DNA of 63,111 nucleotides, filler included, from Reclinomonas americana ATCC 50394 (lineage: Eukaryota): assembly GCA_048213135.1 (NCBI GenBank). It is 5 parts of 2 records of this genome, joined end to end, with 100 filler letters (N's around TTAATTAATTAA, not from the genome) between each part and the next. Parts side by side here need not be neighbours in the genome. Positions count along the whole stretch, not along the records: positions 20,804 to 46,633 come from PS015021.1; positions 46,734 to 58,898 come from PS015021.1; 3 more parts are not named here. One strand, given 5' to 3'. Shown here one piece after another: positions 37,194 to 51,549 of this stretch (positions are counted from its first letter, which is position 1; every line of letters starts with the position of its first letter). A program made the translations under genes and the position numbers. The notes beneath the pieces are model-generated. The model was given only the letters and a program-made list of their open reading frames with translations, made no database searches and had not been told where the DNA came from.

Positions 37194-39800
37194 GCACAAG
37201 GCTAAGAAGCAGGCATGATCTGGACCATGATGCACAGGATGGACACCTGGGTCAGGCGTGCCACGCAGAATGAGCAGAGCGTGCTTGTCAATCAGAGTAT
37301 GTGTGCGTCTGTATGTGTGAGAGAGGTGAAGAAGAGAGAAAGGGGCGCAAGGCAACAGAGCAGTGGCGCGAACTGCACAATCGGATGGACATAAGTGCCA
37401 AGCGCGCCTCGTAGGGCTACTGATGAGAGAGAAGCAGGAAAAGCGCGCATGCCGAAGAGGGCGAGAGAGAGAGAGAGAGAGACGCACAAGGCTAAGATGC
37501 AGGCATGAACTGCACCATCGACGAACAGGATGGACACTTGTTTCGGGCGTGCCACGTTGGGCTACTGAGGAGAGAGAAGCAGGAAGAGCAGAGCATGCCA
37601 ATTAGGGCGAGAGAGAGTGAGAGAAGAACGAAGTAAGACGCGGCTGCGAAATTAGCGTAGCCGCGGAGGCAGCAGTATGCAGTGAGTAAACTTGCAGAGC
37701 TAGAGGTGCAGACACAAAACTTGTAAGGGAAGGGTGAGTTGGATGCCGTGAGAATCAACCGCGTTGCAAGTGATTTGCAACACAAGCAGAGAGAGAGAAT
37801 GTGCGTGTGTGAGTGATTTTGAAGTCAGCGTTGTCACTGTTCTCACTCGCGCCTGCGCAGGCACTCAACAACATTGTGTTTTCGGCGGGCATTCAAGCTG
37901 CCGTGGTTTGTTGTTGCACTCATCGCTCTTTATCATTCACCTGCCCGTCGTTGACTCCAAGCTGATCCGTAGACGGAGGACGCCAATCTGGATCCCGGAG
38001 TCACTCGTGCCATTCTCAAGTATGTGGGCGTGTGTCACTCACCGTGTCTCGCCGCTTGAATCTCACCTTCCAATCCGTTCAGGCTGCCCAACAAGCTCGG
38101 CAACAACCGGGCCTATTTTCACGATGTGGTCCCCTTTGCTCTGAGCTCGGGCTACACCGGAATGTCGCAGGCACAGCTCGGCTCATTTAACTACACACTG
38201 GTCGATTTCAGCTCAGGTTACGTCCTCTGCATGCACTCATGTATCCCCGTGTTCCACCACTCTCGCCACTCACCGCACTCTCTCAACAGGCACTCCCGAT
38301 GTCACGAAAGCCGTCAACGAAGTTGCGTTCACAGCCGCGCATGAGAAGCTGTCGACTGTCGATAACTGACGCTGTCCGCTGCACAGGGGTTTCTTGGATC
38401 GATGAAACTCGGTCAGAACCTGTCGTATGATCCCGACTTTGGCGACATTACGTACCCAATGCCCGTGAGGAGCACGAAGCCATTGCTGCAGAGCCGGACT
38501 GAATTGGAATCGTTCCTGTACGATCGATGGAACCGGACTGTGGTTTACGGTGCGTCGATTGTGTTTCCCGCTTTGTGCACGCGACAAACGCCGACTCAGA
38601 AATGTGTATGTGAACAGGGTACCTCTTCAACATGATTGACCCCGGTGGTGCTGCTGCCGATTACACGGTGTACTACAACGGGGTACGGAGTACTCATATA
38701 TATCGTGTATGTGTGTGTGCTGTGCTCGTTGACTCACTCCTGTTTCCGCAGTCGATTGGCATGAACTACGAATCGTCACTCGTTTGTGCGTTAGTCTCTG
38801 CAGTCGCTCGCCGTACCATTCTCTCATATGCAATCTCCTGTGCGCAGACGTCACCGTGGTCAACGTGAGCAATGCTATTCCTGCCATCTCCGTCATGGAC
38901 GACATGCTATTCAACAGCGTCAAAGTGGCGCGGCAAGGCTCCAACTACGCGAATGGCACGGGTATCACGTTCAGTTTCGTACACATTTGGCGCTGATGGC
39001 CTGCGAGGAGGTCGGTGGACTCACCCTCGTTGCTCCAGAGTTGCGAGCGTTCCCGAAGCTGGGCGAGACGTACACCATCTACGATTTGGTGTCGGCCACG
39101 GAGGGTGCGTTTCGTTGTCTTCTGCGAGTCGACGTGATGTCGATGCTAACTGGCACGCGATATACAGTGCTGACGTACACGCTGCTGATGTGCCTCATCT
39201 TTCCGCCGCTCTTCACCGGCATCATCCAGGAGAAGCAGCAGAGGTTGCGGCAGATGCTGCGATTGGTGAGAAGAGGATGAAGGAGAAGGGAGAATGAGGG
39301 GAAGGGATAAAGGGGGAAGGGACAGGAGAATGGATACAGGGAGAAGGGAGAGACAAGCAGTGAGAAACGAGAGGCGACAGAAAGAAAAATGGTTTGAGTG
39401 ATGCTGTTAGAGAATCAGGGTTGGGGAGAAGTGATGAGAGATTGATTGTAGAGGGAAACGGAGAAAAACAAATGCGGCAGTGACGGATTATTCGACCAGA
39501 AAGTAGGAAAGGGGATGTGAGAGAAGGTTAAAGGATGCAAGCTTGGAGCAATGAAGTGACAGGAGAAGAATGTTCAAGAAGAGGTACTGGGAAGCGAAAT
39601 GTGGGGAGAGGGAGTCTGCGGTGCGAGAGTAAGGAAGGGAGGGAGAGAAGAGGAGGGAGGGAGGGAGGGAGGGACACAGATTGAGAGAGAAAGAGTGAGT
39701 GAGAGAGAAAGAGAGAGAGAGCTTTGCGAAGTGACTCTCCGTGGTTATCAGATAGCATGCGTGAGGGAAGTCGTCCGTCACCGCTGTATGAGCAAAGTCA

Positions 39801-39845
<45 letters not shown>

Positions 39846-39898
39846 GGAGGAGGAGAAGAGAGAGAGAAGGAGAGAGAGAGACTGAGAGAGACTGAGAA

Positions 39899-39929
<31 letters not shown>

Positions 39930-42900
39930 AGAAAGGGAGAGATACATAGCGGTGCAGTTGTGACTTTTCGTGGTCAAGAGATTGTATGTATAAGTGAAGT
40001 CGTATGTTGAGACACAGAGAAAGGAAGAGAGAGAGAGAGAGAGAAGTGAGGGAGAGACAGAGGCTGACAGAGAATATGGGGGAGAGAGAATTTGCAGCAA
40101 GAGAGCCCACGGCGCAGTGGTTTGTGTTGTGGTAAAGAGATTACATGTAAAACGGAAGTCGTCTGTTCCTGCCGCAGAGAGAGAGAGAGAGAGCATGATG
40201 AAGGGGGGCTTGTCGTACAACTCGCAGTTGTTTGCTTGCATTTTTTCTCACCTCGTTCTCGTGTTTTCCAACCCCGTTGCGCAGATGGGACTGCGGGTGA
40301 GTGACGCGCCGCTTTTCCCGTAAGCACCTTCCTTTGCATAACTGACTTTGTGCTGCGTGCCGTGCAGCCCACTGTGTACTGGTCGGTGACGGTCATCTGG
40401 ACGTATGTGGTGTACGTCGTAATGGTGCGTTCTGCTCGCTTGCGCTGCGCGTATCTCTTTCCATGATAATAATCGCTGGCCTGTTGCAGATTGCCGTTCT
40501 TTGTGTTGCGTGCAACTCGCGTCGCCACGTATTGTGTACATCTGTGTCGTGCTGACTCGTGGAGGCGCAGATCTTTGGATACATTATGAAATTCAGATTC
40601 TTCACCATGAACGACCCCGGTTCATACGTGTTGTTATTCCTTGCGTATGGTTCGTCGCACGCTTATCTTTCGGAGTCCTCTCTCTCTCTGTTTCTTTCCC
40701 CCTGCATTCTCATCCTTGCGAATTACTGCCTGTCTCGTTCTTTCGTTCACTGCTGACTCGTGATGCGCAACAGGCCTACACCTCATCGCGTTCACCTTCT
40801 GCCTGTCGATGTTCGTCAACACGGTCAACAGCGCCACTCGTTGCGTGTCGTTGAGAAGACCGCCCCCTCGTTTATGTTGTTCTGATTCGCTTGTTCGAAC
40901 AGTGGTCGGTTATGTCGGAATCATGCCAGTTGCGTCAGCTCAAATCGCACATGCATCTCTCGTGCCTACGCTCACTCTTTCTTTCCCCCTCAACAGCTCG
41001 TTTTGACGGCGTACCTGCTGACGCAGGTCAGCAAGGGCTCTACAAGCACGCCGATTCTGGGCCTCGCCTTGTCGTTCATTCCAGTGTTTCCTGTCAGTCG
41101 GTACGTTGCACAGAGATGAGCAAACGACTGTCGCTATCAATTCACCACGCGTTTTGCTGCATAGTGGTATCTCTTTGCTCAGCAGCGCCGCCAGTAACAT
41201 GGGTCTGTTTGGCCAGCTCGCTGCGAAATTTTCCCTGCGCCGCTTCTCACTCGTCGTGTTCGCGTGCCAGGTTTTGGCGTGCGAGTTCGAGAGCTGTACG
41301 CGAGTGGCATTGCGTCGGAGATCTTTTGGCATGTGGGAATGGCGGTGGGTCTCATGCTGCTGGCGTTGTACTTGGAGCAAGTGTTCCCTGGAGACTTTGG
41401 CTTGTCCCAGCCGTGGTGGTTCCCGTTCTCGTCCAAGGTTGCGTGGGAGTTCGCTTCTGACAGAGCGGCTTTCGCTTGGTGCTTACTTGCTCGCAGTTTT
41501 GGTGCCGCGCGCGGGCCAGCGATGCGGAGGTGCCGATTCCGCTACCGAAAGCACAATCATTACGGAGACTGGAAAACCGCGAAACGGTGAGCATGATACT
41601 TCTTGCCGAGAGGGAGAGAGAGAGAGAGGGAGAGACCGCTGTGAGTATGTAGGTCTGCATGATATTGTCTCGCGTGTTGTTGTTCTCAAATCATGTTATT
41701 CATGGCAGATGAGACGAAGCAGCTATGTGTTGCCGTTGCCGCAGGATAATGCCGACGGACTGTGCAGTCCCGTGGGTCGTACAGCATCGCCGCGGAGTCC
41801 GGCATTTGCCGCGGTATGTCCGGGTACTGCGTCATTTTATCGCAAGGTGCTATTCGTCCATTCATTTGGTTTGGTGCGCCGCAGGTGCGGAATTCATCTG
41901 CGACCACCATCACGCTGGGCTCTCCGAATCGGCCTGGCACCGTCGGGTCTCCTCCTCGCTCTGTCGAGTATCCAGTTGCGATTGGCTGCTGCGCACGTCG
42001 TACTGAATGGTCGGCGTCTTTCTCATTGGCGATGAGCAGGGTGACGATGTGTCGCATGAAGAGGTGGACGAAGAGCTCGTGATTGAGGACAACGACGAGC
42101 GCATGCGCGTCATGGATGGATTCTTTCCGCTGTCGGATGCCGGACTGGTTGTCACGAGTGTCACGAAGACGTACAGGGTGGGTGAGGGGGAGGGTGGGAG
42201 GGTGGGAGGGAGAAGGAGGGAAGGGAGGGAGGGAGGGGAAGGGAGGGAGGGAGGAGGGGAGGGAGGGAGGGAGGGAGGGGGTGGGTGGGTGGGAAGGGTA
42301 AGGGTACGGGTACGGAACGGTAGGGTTAGGTCGGTCGGCCGGTNNNNNNNNNNNNNNNNNNNNNNNNNNNNNNNNNNNNNNNNNNNNNNNNNNNNNNNNN
42401 NNNNNNNNNNNNNNNNNNNNNNNNNNNNNNNNNNNNNNNNNNNNNNNNNNNNNNNNNNNNNNNNNNNNNNNNNNNNNNNNNNNNNNNNNNNNNNNNNNNN
42501 NNNNNNNNNNNNNNNNNNNNNNNNNNNNNNNNNNNNNNNNNNNNNNNNNNNNNNNNNNNNNNNNNNNNNNNNNNNNNNNNNNNNNNNNNNNNNNNNNNNN
42601 NNNNNNNNNNNNNNGGGTGGGAGGGAGGGAGGGAGGGAAGGAGGGAGAGTGGCGCGCAAGGTGTGTCGTTGAGAATTCCACACTGTTGTTCTCTTGGCCT
42701 CTGTTGTCGGTAAGAGGCAAGTGGTTCGCAAAGTGTGTCGTTGGAGAGAAGGAGAGGGAGTACGGGAGGAGGAGTAATAGGCAGTGTGTGTCGTTGAGGA
42801 TTCCACACTGTTGTTCTCTTTGCGCACTTTGTGTCGGTGAGAAGGAGGGAGAAAGGGAGAGTGGTGCGCAAAGTGTGTCGTTGGAGGGAGGGAGTGAGGG

Positions 42901-45900
42901 AGGGGGAGTGATACGCAAAAGTATGTCGTGAGGATTCCACACTGTTGTTCTATTTGGCTCTCTGTTGTCAGCGGGGCATCTGATCATCGAATTGCTCACT
43001 CCTCATAACAGCACGCCCTGCGACCGGCCGTCGACGACTTGTCATTCGCCGTGCACAATGGGTGAGTGGGCCACGATATTGAAGCGCAACGGGCGACATT
43101 GTGCTCATATTACTGTACGTGTCGCAGAGAGTGCTTTGGCCTGCTTGGCCATAATGGTGCCGGCAAGACGACGCTGCTCTCAAGTTGCGTTGCATGAGTG
43201 ATGCAAACAATGTGATTGTTTTGCTAATTTTTGGCGTGCGTGCAGTGCTGAGTGGATTCACTACGCCGGATGCGGGAACGATCTTTATTGATGGGTGAGT
43301 AGAGGGGGGGAAGGAGCGGGGAGGGGAGGAGGAGGGACAGGAGAAGGGAGGAAACAGGAGAGGAGAAGGGAGGGAGGGAAAATGGAAGAAGGGGTAGGGA
43401 GAAAGAGTTGAGGAGGGATGAAGAGGACAAGTCAGAGAGCTGGAGAGGTGAAGGGAGAGAGAGGCAGAGGAGAGGGAACGGTATGGAAAGGAGGGAAATG
43501 TGAGGAGGGAGAGGGAGAGGAGGAGGAGGACAAGGAGGGTTGGGAAATCGGAAGAGGGGCAGAAGAAGGAAGCTGAACAAGGGATAGAAGCAAGAAGGGA
43601 AAGAGACAGGAGAGAGATTGGTTTGAGAGAAGGAGGGCGAGGGGGGCGAGAAGAGGAGATGGACGGGGAGAGGAGAAGGGAAAGAAACAGATGTGGGCGA
43701 AAGAGAGAGAGAGAAAGAGTGGGATTGGAGTGTCAGTGAGAAAAGAGAGTGGGAGGGGAAAGGAGAACAAAGAGGGATGGGGAGATGAGAAGGGAAAAAA
43801 GGATGTGGTGACGAGGAAGAGAGAGAGAGAGAGTGGAATTGGTGTGTCAATGAGGAAAGAGAAGGAAAGAAGAGGAGAAGTTGAAGGATGTGGGAGGAAA
43901 GAAAATGATGTGTGAGGAGAGAGAGGGGGAGAGTGGAGAGAAGAAGCGAGAAACCAAAGAATGTTGGAGAGAGAGAGAGAGATTGAGATCGGCGTGTCAA
44001 TGAGGAAAGACAAGTGGCCGAGATCAACCGTCGCTTACGGATGCCATCGTCACGCAGATTGCGACTGGAGGGTGCCAATCTCGATCGCATCTACCAGCGA
44101 CTGGGAGTGGTGCCACAGTTCGACGCGCTGTACTTGGACATGACTGGAGCGGAGCACTTGTTGCTCTATGGTACGTGTGAGCGTCTGCCCACCACGGGTT
44201 GTCTGCAGCGACTCATTCCTATCCGCATCAGGTCGTATCAAGGGTCTGCGCGGCGAGCCGCTGAAGCAGGAGATTGAGGAGCGCCTGCGCTCGGTGGATC
44301 TGTGGGAGGTGCGCGATCGGCAAGCGCACCGGTACTCGGGAGGCATGAAGAGGAGGTTATCCATTGCGATTGCGCTGATGGGTTCTCCGACTGTGCTGAT
44401 TGCTGATGAGCTGACCACGGTGAGCCGAAGGAAGAAAGGGAGAAGGGAGGAAAGGAGAAGGAGATGGGCACACAGGAACAGTGAATGAGGTGCAGTTAAG
44501 GGAACGAGAGAGTGGAGAAAAGAGTGAGAGAAAGGATGGGGTTTGGGTCATGGCACAAGGAGATTTGGTGATATTATGCATGAGTGAGGAACTTGGTGTA
44601 CTGACAACGCTTTACAGGGACTGGATCCGTTGTCACGCTCGATTTGCTGGAAGGCCCTGGCTGGTGAGTGTTTTGCAACGGTCTTAAAGATCACTCCACT
44701 CGTGACTCATGCTTAGTGTGCTTTAGAGGCGCGCACTGGCAAGGCCACCATCATGTGAGCGATGAAGCAGGACGATAGTATTGCGTCTGTCACATTTGCT
44801 CATTGTTTCACGCGCAGCACAACACACTCGATGGAGGAAGCCGAGCAGTTGTCACACACGATCGGTGAGACCTCTTCAGGCTGCTGGTTTGTCACTCCTA
44901 TTGTCGCTCAGATTTATTGCGTGCGCAGCCATCATGTCTCGTGGCAAGCTCCGCGCCGTCGGCAGTGCGCCGTTTGTTGCGTATGTTTCTCTTCCAGCTT
45001 CACCACACCTCTTTCCTCACTCCTCCTCTTCCCATCGCAGTTGAAGCGCGAGCTGGGCAACCCAGGCGTGCGCGTGAGCTGCATCTGCCGTGTGGAGAAC
45101 GGCCTGCAGCTGCTCCACGAGTTCATGGAGGCACGCTTCCCGGGAACGGCGGTGCTGAAGAGCATTGGCGCGCAGATTGTGTTCCAGGTGCCGACCGAGT
45201 CGAATCCGCGGTCGCTGAGCCTGCTGTTTAGCGCGCTGTATGACGCGAAAGTCGAGTTAGAGTTGGAGGATTTTGGAGTGGAGGAGACGAGTTGCGTGGA
45301 GGGGGAGAGAAGGGAGAGGGAGGGGAGGGGGAAGGGGGAGGGGGAAGGGGGAAAGAAAAAGGCGAAGAGATGAGAGAGAAAGACGAACAGAGAACGCGAG
45401 AGATGGAGCGAGACACGGCAACGCAAGAAAGAGAGACAGAGATATAATGGGAGTAGGATAGAGAAGGGCAGAGAGGGAGAGAGATAAGGGAGAAGAGTGT
45501 AAGATCGGGCGACGAGACAAGACAGAGAGTTGAGGAGTGGAGACTGGATGAGAGAGAATGTCAGAGGGGAGCAAAATTGGGCGAGCGAAGACGGAGACAG
45601 GACAGAGAGATGAGGAGAGATGAGAGGAGGCGGAAGGCGAAGAGAGATAAAAAGAGAGACAGGCTGAGAGAGATTTTGAAAAGAGAAGGAGACTGAGAGT
45701 TGAGGGAGGATTAGGAAGAAGGGCAGAGAAAGAGAGAGGAAAATATTAGAAGAGAAGAGAGTGATGTGAGGCGAGAGAGAAAGACTGAGAGAGCTGAGGG
45801 AGAAAGAGGAAGAGAGAAGAAGTGAGACAAGATATAACAAGGAGAGAAAACTGTGAGATCGAAGGAAAACACGCGAAACTTGTTGATAGACGCCCAATGT

Positions 45901-46310
45901 TGTGTATGAATCAGTGCAGTTCCTGTCATTTTGGAAGCGAGCAGAAGCGAAGGAGCAGAGGAGGAGGAGCGGGAGACAGAGAGAAGGAGTGAGAGAAGAA
46001 AGAGAAGGGAGAGAAAGAATGAGAGAGGCGACGCGACGCGAAAGAACGATGGAGAGAGCTCACGAGAGTTCTATGTATTTGCAATGTGATTTCTTACTTG
46101 CTGGCGTCGGCAGCTCTGGAGGACGTGTTCTTCAATGTTATCGAGCTACACGGCCACCACGTGCCTGGCGGCCGGGCCCCGACGCCGGAGAACGGCGCCA
46201 ACGGTGCAGCAGAGGATGAAATGCAGGTGGAGAAGGTGGCATCCACGGTGGTGATCGAGGCGGGTGAGGCGCCTGCTTTGCCACCACCGAAGTCGCCATC
46301 GGTTAATTAG
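35600..46310 (+). CDS. ABC transporter subfamily A, half-size (one TMD with exocytoplasmic domain plus one NBD), about 36 exons
   Basis: FLAKSWAVQRR N-terminal motif; IIQEKQQRLRQMLRLMGLR; YLEQVFPGDFGLSQPWWFPF; Walker A GHNGAGKTT; GVVPQFD; signature YSGGMKRRLS; Walker B VLIADELTTGLDP; TTHSMEEAEQL; C-terminal EETTLEDVFF; TAG at 46308-46310. First intron boundaries are uncertain. Confidence 0.93.
36915..37620. repeat. Degenerate tandem repeats in an ABCA intron
   Basis: GGCGT(G/C)CCACG and TGCCGAAGAGGGCGAGAG cores recur near 36950, 37100, 37255, 37450 and 37546. Confidence 0.75.
42650..42965. repeat. Degenerate tandem repeats in an ABCA intron
   Basis: GTGTGTCGTTGAG.ATTCCACACTGTTGTTCT-like core near 42661, 42785 and 42921. 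Confidence 0.75.
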
Positions 46311-46677
46311 ATCAATCGTTGTACAAACGCAATCGTCAATAACAATTATCGCTAATCATGTAAGGAAGGGGAGGGCCAAGCAGGGGAAGGGGGTGGGGAG
46401 AAGGGTAATTATTATATGTTTTGTAGATTGTTGGCGTGCCAAGGTCATTGTCGGCAAGGGATTTCAGCTACACCTCAGCTCCTTCCCGGACCTTACTTGC
46501 ACGTTGCCTGGCACTGTTGGTTTTACATATGTCTTCTGATACCAACACCTCTTGCTATCTCTCTCGTTTCCTTTGTGGAATTCGGCGTCAAATCCATGCT
46601 TGTCATGAGCCGTGGTGGTTTCTCTTGCAGAAANNNNNNNNNNNNNNNNNNNNNNNNNNNNNNNNNNNNNNNNNNNN

Positions 46678-46689
46678 TTAATTAATTAA
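46678..46689. other. Artificial contig-joining linker
   Basis: TTAATTAATTAA between N runs. Confidence 0.95.
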
Positions 46690-46765
46690 NNNNNNNNNNN
46701 NNNNNNNNNNNNNNNNNNNNNNNNNNNNNNNNNCTCTCTCTCTCTCTCTCGTCGTCGTCGTCGTC

Positions 46766-46852
<87 letters not shown>

Positions 46853-47066
46853 TTCGATGTGCGTTTGTGTTCTTCTCGAAGAAGCACGGTTTCTCGCAGT
46901 CGGCTGATGCATATTGTCTCTTCTACTTTTTCACTCTCTTGTTCTCCCTTTTGTTTCTCTCTCTTCTCCCTCCCTTCCTCGTTCCTCTATCTCCCTCCCT
47001 CTCCCCATTTCTCCTTCCTCCTGCTTGCTTACTGCTTCCAAATGCGTGTTCTTTATTGTGCTGCAG

Positions 47067-47581
47067 ATTGCCATCATCACATTGCCATCCCAATTAGTGC
47101 ATCGAACTGCGTTGCATGAGATACCCGAGGGCGGAGTGGCTCCGTTGCGTGAGAGAGGGAGTGAAGGAGAAGGAAGGGAAGGGAGAGAAGAGAGAGAAGA
47201 GGGAGGAGGGCACGGGAAGGAAGAATACTGTTTGCTGGCGAGTGTTCGAGAGAGCCTTAGGGAGTGAGAGACAGCTTGGGAAAGAGAGAGGGAAGCGAGC
47301 AGCTGCGTGGCTCCATTGCGTGAGAGAGGGAGAAGGAGGGGAAGGGGGGAGAGGGAGGGAAGAGAGAGAAGAGGGGGGAGGGCATGGGAAGGGAGAATAC
47401 TGCTTTGCTGGAGTGTGTTCGACAGCATTAGGCAGTGAGAGAAGCTTGAGAAAGAGAGGGAGGGAAGCGAGCAGCTGCGTGGCTCCATCGCGTGGGAGAA
47501 GGAGAAGGAGGGGAAGAAGGAGAGAAGTGGGAGGAGGGCAGCTGGAGAGTGTTCGAGAGAGCTTTAGGGAGTGAGAGAAGG

Positions 47582-47618
<37 letters not shown>

Positions 47619-50108
47619 CGAGCAGCTGCATGGCTCCGCTGCGTGAGAGGGGGAGAAGGAGAAGAAGAAGAGAGAGAAGCCAAGATAATGAGAAGACTCT
47701 GTGTGTGAGAGAGACGAAGAGAGAGAGACTCAATCATAGACATCTAGAAACAGCTCGACACTCAAGCACGATAATACAAGCTCAGCCTCTCATTTGCTCT
47801 CCTCTTTCCCTCATTTTCTCCCTCTCCCTCCCACAGAAAGCTCTCACGATTATCGATCGCCGGATTTCACTGGCGAACGCCTCGAGTTCCCCTCCAATGG
47901 TATCTGCTGGTGGTATTGGTGTTTTGGGTTGCGTATCTCGGCTCGCTGCCCCTTGCCCGCCGCTCGTCATTGTGCTTACACTGATCGCAGGGCACCAACG
48001 TACTCAACAATTACGCCATGAATTACAATGTCTCGTTCACGGTGGCCACCGTAATTCGGTCGTCGACCCTCGTGATGAATGTGCTGCTGGGATTTGCAGT
48101 TCTCGGCAAGCGGTGAGTCCTCCCATCTATCTCCTCTTTGTCTGGGTATGAGCGTTTTGTTGCCTCGCGCGTGTGAGTCCCTCCTTTCGTCTTCCTTTCT
48201 CGCTTCTACATTGCCTCTCTCCTCTCCAGTTTCGTATGCGGGTCTCTGTCTCTCACATACTGTCTCATTTCTCTCCCTCCTATTCTCTCCCTCTTTGTAC
48301 GATTATAATGGTGTCTTTCTTAGGGTGTCTCTTCATTTCTGCGTTTCTTGTTGCTCTCCCTTTCTCTCACTCTCCCGTTTCCCGGCCTCATTCTCTCTTT
48401 CTCTTTCCGCGTGCCTCCCGTTTCGCGTGTCTCCGTCCCTCTGTATCTCTTTGTCTCCCTTTGCCTCTCTCTCATTCGCCTTCCTCCCTATCCAGCTACT
48501 CGCTGGTCGAATTGGTGGCGGTGGCCGCCGTCACTCTCGGCACGATGCTGGCGAGTCTGGAGGGCCAAAAGGCCCGCGTGCAGGGAGCGCAGGTGACAGA
48601 GGTATGTTCGAGTCAATAATGCTGCTGCTGGCCGCCGAAATGTCCTCAAATTGACCGGCACGCGCAGCACGAAGGCTTCTCGCTGTCGACCGTGTACTTG
48701 ATTGGCGTGGCGATTCTGATGATCGCGACGGCGTTGACGGCGGTGCTGGCGCTGCTGCAGGAGAATTTGTTTGGGCGGTATGAGAAGAGTGTGCAGGAGA
48801 ATTTGTTCTACACGGTGAGCTATAGTGGGGAAGGGAAGGGAGGGAAACGGGTGAAGGGAAAGAGAGGAGGGGGGAAGGGAGGGGGAAGGGAAGGGAAGAG
48901 AGGGGACGAGAGAAGAGGAGTTGATCCATGCATGACAATGCGCAGTGGGGCAGGGAAGAGAGGGAACGAGAGAATTATGGTAGATCCATGCATTACAATG
49001 CACATCTCGTGGGGGAAGCGAACGGAAGGGCGAGAAATTAGGGGTAGAACCATAGTGGGAGAGAGAAAGAGATAAAGGCAGAAGAGACAGGACTGAGGGA
49101 GAGACGGAGATAAGGTGCAAAGGGAACTGCTTTCGCCTCACTCATCAGAACGAAACATAAGAGGGAACATCTCGTGGGGGAAGGGATGGTAGGGACGAAA
49201 GAATAGGAGATCCGTACGCAAAAATGTGCATCTCGTGGTACGAGAGAAGAGGAGCAGATCCATACCCAACGATGAGGGAAGGGAAGGTGGTGACGAGAGA
49301 ATAGGAGATCCGTACACAACAATGTGCATCTCGTGGGACGAGAGAAGAGGAGCAGATCCACACAACGATGAGGGGAAGGGAAGGTGGTGACGAATTGAGA
49401 TTCGCACATATACCATGTGCATCTCGTGGGGGAGGGGAAGGTGAGATACGAGATTATCGCAGCAGACCTGCACATCAATGAGCATCTCGTGGGTGAAGAG
49501 ATGGGAGGGGACGAGAGAATAGGAGTAGATCCATACACAACACTGAGATGTCGCCTTTGCTAATGTTCCTTCCCACGCACAGCACATCATGTCGCTGCCG
49601 CTGTTCATGTTGGTGAGCAGCGATCTGAGCTCGGCCGCCGCTGCGTACTCACGTGGCCCGCGTGTCGAATTCGGCTGGCCCGCGTTGGGTATTCCGGTCA
49701 TCTTCAGTGCGCCGCTCTTGTGGCTCCTGTTGTCGATCAATGCCATGTCACAGTTGCGCATCGTTTACACGACGCCACGGCGTTCCTCTCTCATCCCTTG
49801 TGCTCCGCGCAGGTATGCATGCGTGTACGGAGTCAACCTGTGCACTTGTGAGTCCCACTCCTTTTGAACCCTGCTCTTCACTTTTCTCACATCTCTCTCC
49901 CGCCAACAGCGTACAGCAACTCGCTGTTCACCACTTTCGTGACCACGCTCCGCAAGTTCCTCACCATTGTCGTCAGCGTGTGGTTCTTTGGGGTACGTGG
50001 GCATCAACAGCGCCTCTCTTTCTCTCTCTCTCTCTCAGTCGCTCTCAGTCTTATTTAGTCTCTCTCAGTCTCTTTTAGTCTCCCTCAATCCGTCAATCTC
50101 TCTCTCTA

Positions 50109-50145
<37 letters not shown>

Positions 50146-50184
50146 GTCTCTCTATCTGTCTGTCTGTCTGTCTGTCTGTATGTA

Positions 50185-50215
<31 letters not shown>

Positions 50216-50242
50216 TTGCTTGTCTGTCTCTCTCTCTCTCTG

Positions 50243-50274
<32 letters not shown>

Positions 50275-50381
50275 CCTCCTCTTCTTCTCTCTCTCTCTCT
50301 CTCTCTGTCCGTCTGTGTCTATCTATCTATCTGTCTGTCTGTCTATCTGTCTGTTTGTCTATCTGTCTGTCTGCCTTTATG

Positions 50382-50413
<32 letters not shown>

Positions 50414-50796
50414 TCTTCTCCTTCTCTCTCTTTCCCTCCTTCGCTCTCTCTCCCTCCCCTCCCTTCTCCCTAATCGACCACCCGCAGGACGAGCTATCGC
50501 TCACGTTTTGGTTCGCCACCGTGTGCGTCTTTGTCGGCTCTGCCGGCTTTGTGTGGGCCCTGCAAAAGAGCAAGGCCGCCACCACACCGCACTTTGCCAG
50601 CACCGCCTCATACCGCCTGCCGCCGGTGACGTCGCCGATTGCGGCGCACACGCCCGCGCGCAATGCGTTCGCCCCGGATACGCCACCCGCGCAGCAGAGT
50701 CCGCAGGCGTCGCCGCCGGCGGTGGATCTCAGCAAGGCGTCGAATGTGAGGGCGAGGCAGCGGCATGTTGCAGGCAAAAGAGGAGAGGGGAAATGA
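47067..50796 (+). CDS. Nucleotide-sugar transporter, SLC35B4/YEA4-like (UAA family); 5' end missing
   Basis: Nine visible exons give TPRVPLQWYLLVVLVFWGTNVLNNYAMNYNVSFTVATVIRSSTLVMNVLLGFAVLGKRYS, QENLFYTHIMSLPLF, NAMSQYACVYGV and TTLRKFLTIVVSVWFFG, all characteristic of SLC35B4/YEA4. TGA at 50794-50796. Confidence 0.88.
47130..47660. repeat. Degenerate tandem repeats in a transporter intron
   Basis: GAAGCGAGCAGCTGC.TGGCTCC...GCGTG core near 47292, 47464 and 47615; a partial copy near 47136. Confidence 0.75.
48900..49540. repeat. Degenerate tandem repeats in a transporter intron
   Basis: CATCTCGTGG near 49003, 49168, 49229, 49327, 49420 and 49483, with recurrent GAGATCC/CAGATCC. Confidence 0.75.
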
Positions 50797-51549
50797 GGGG
50801 GGAGGGGGTGAATGAAGAATAGAAATGGGAAAGGGAGATAGGGGAAGGAGGAGGAGAAAGGAGAAAGGGGGGGATAAGGAGAAAGGGGAAAGGAGAAGGG
50901 GGAGGAGAAAGGGAAGGGAGAAGAAAGGTGGATGTAGTAAGAGCGGGATGAAGGAGAGAGAGGGCAGAAACAGAATAGGCAATGAGATGAAGGATGCAGC
51001 TGGAGAAACGAAGACAAGGGCTGCAGAATGCTTCCTAGAGGACGCGAAGCATACGCGCAACAGAAGGGCGTGAAGAAGCGAGGCCATCGGGGTTGATAAA
51101 GAAAGAGAAGGAGAGGCAGTGTTTACGGCGAAGCAAGGACAAGTTGGCAGAAGGTAGAGGGAGGTGGGATGGAGGAGGGAGATGAATAAACATAGAATAG
51201 GAGCAAGGAGTATGTAGCAGGTGATATGGGATGATGCACATAGCAGAAAAAACATGAATTGGCGACGTCATGGGGTAGACGAAGGAATAGAAGGGAACAA
51301 GCAGAACGCCGGAAAAATAGAATGTAAAAGAGGCAAAGTATGAAGGAGGGAAAGTGCAGAAACGAAGACGAACGGAGAGAGCAGAAGGGAAGCGAACTTC
51401 ACAAAAAAATAACAAGGTAGAACGGGCTGAGGGCAGGAGGAGGTCGAGGTACTGCAAACAAGAAAGCAACATCTGTGGAAGTCACAGCCGACGTTTGACA
51501 AACAAAGGTCCTCTCTGCGGTGTCCTCTTCTTGTGTTTTTGTGTTGACA

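Noticed and set aside
46400-46633. Possible terminal exon of a minus-strand gene
   Set aside because: Short, cut by a contig end, and no frame stands out.
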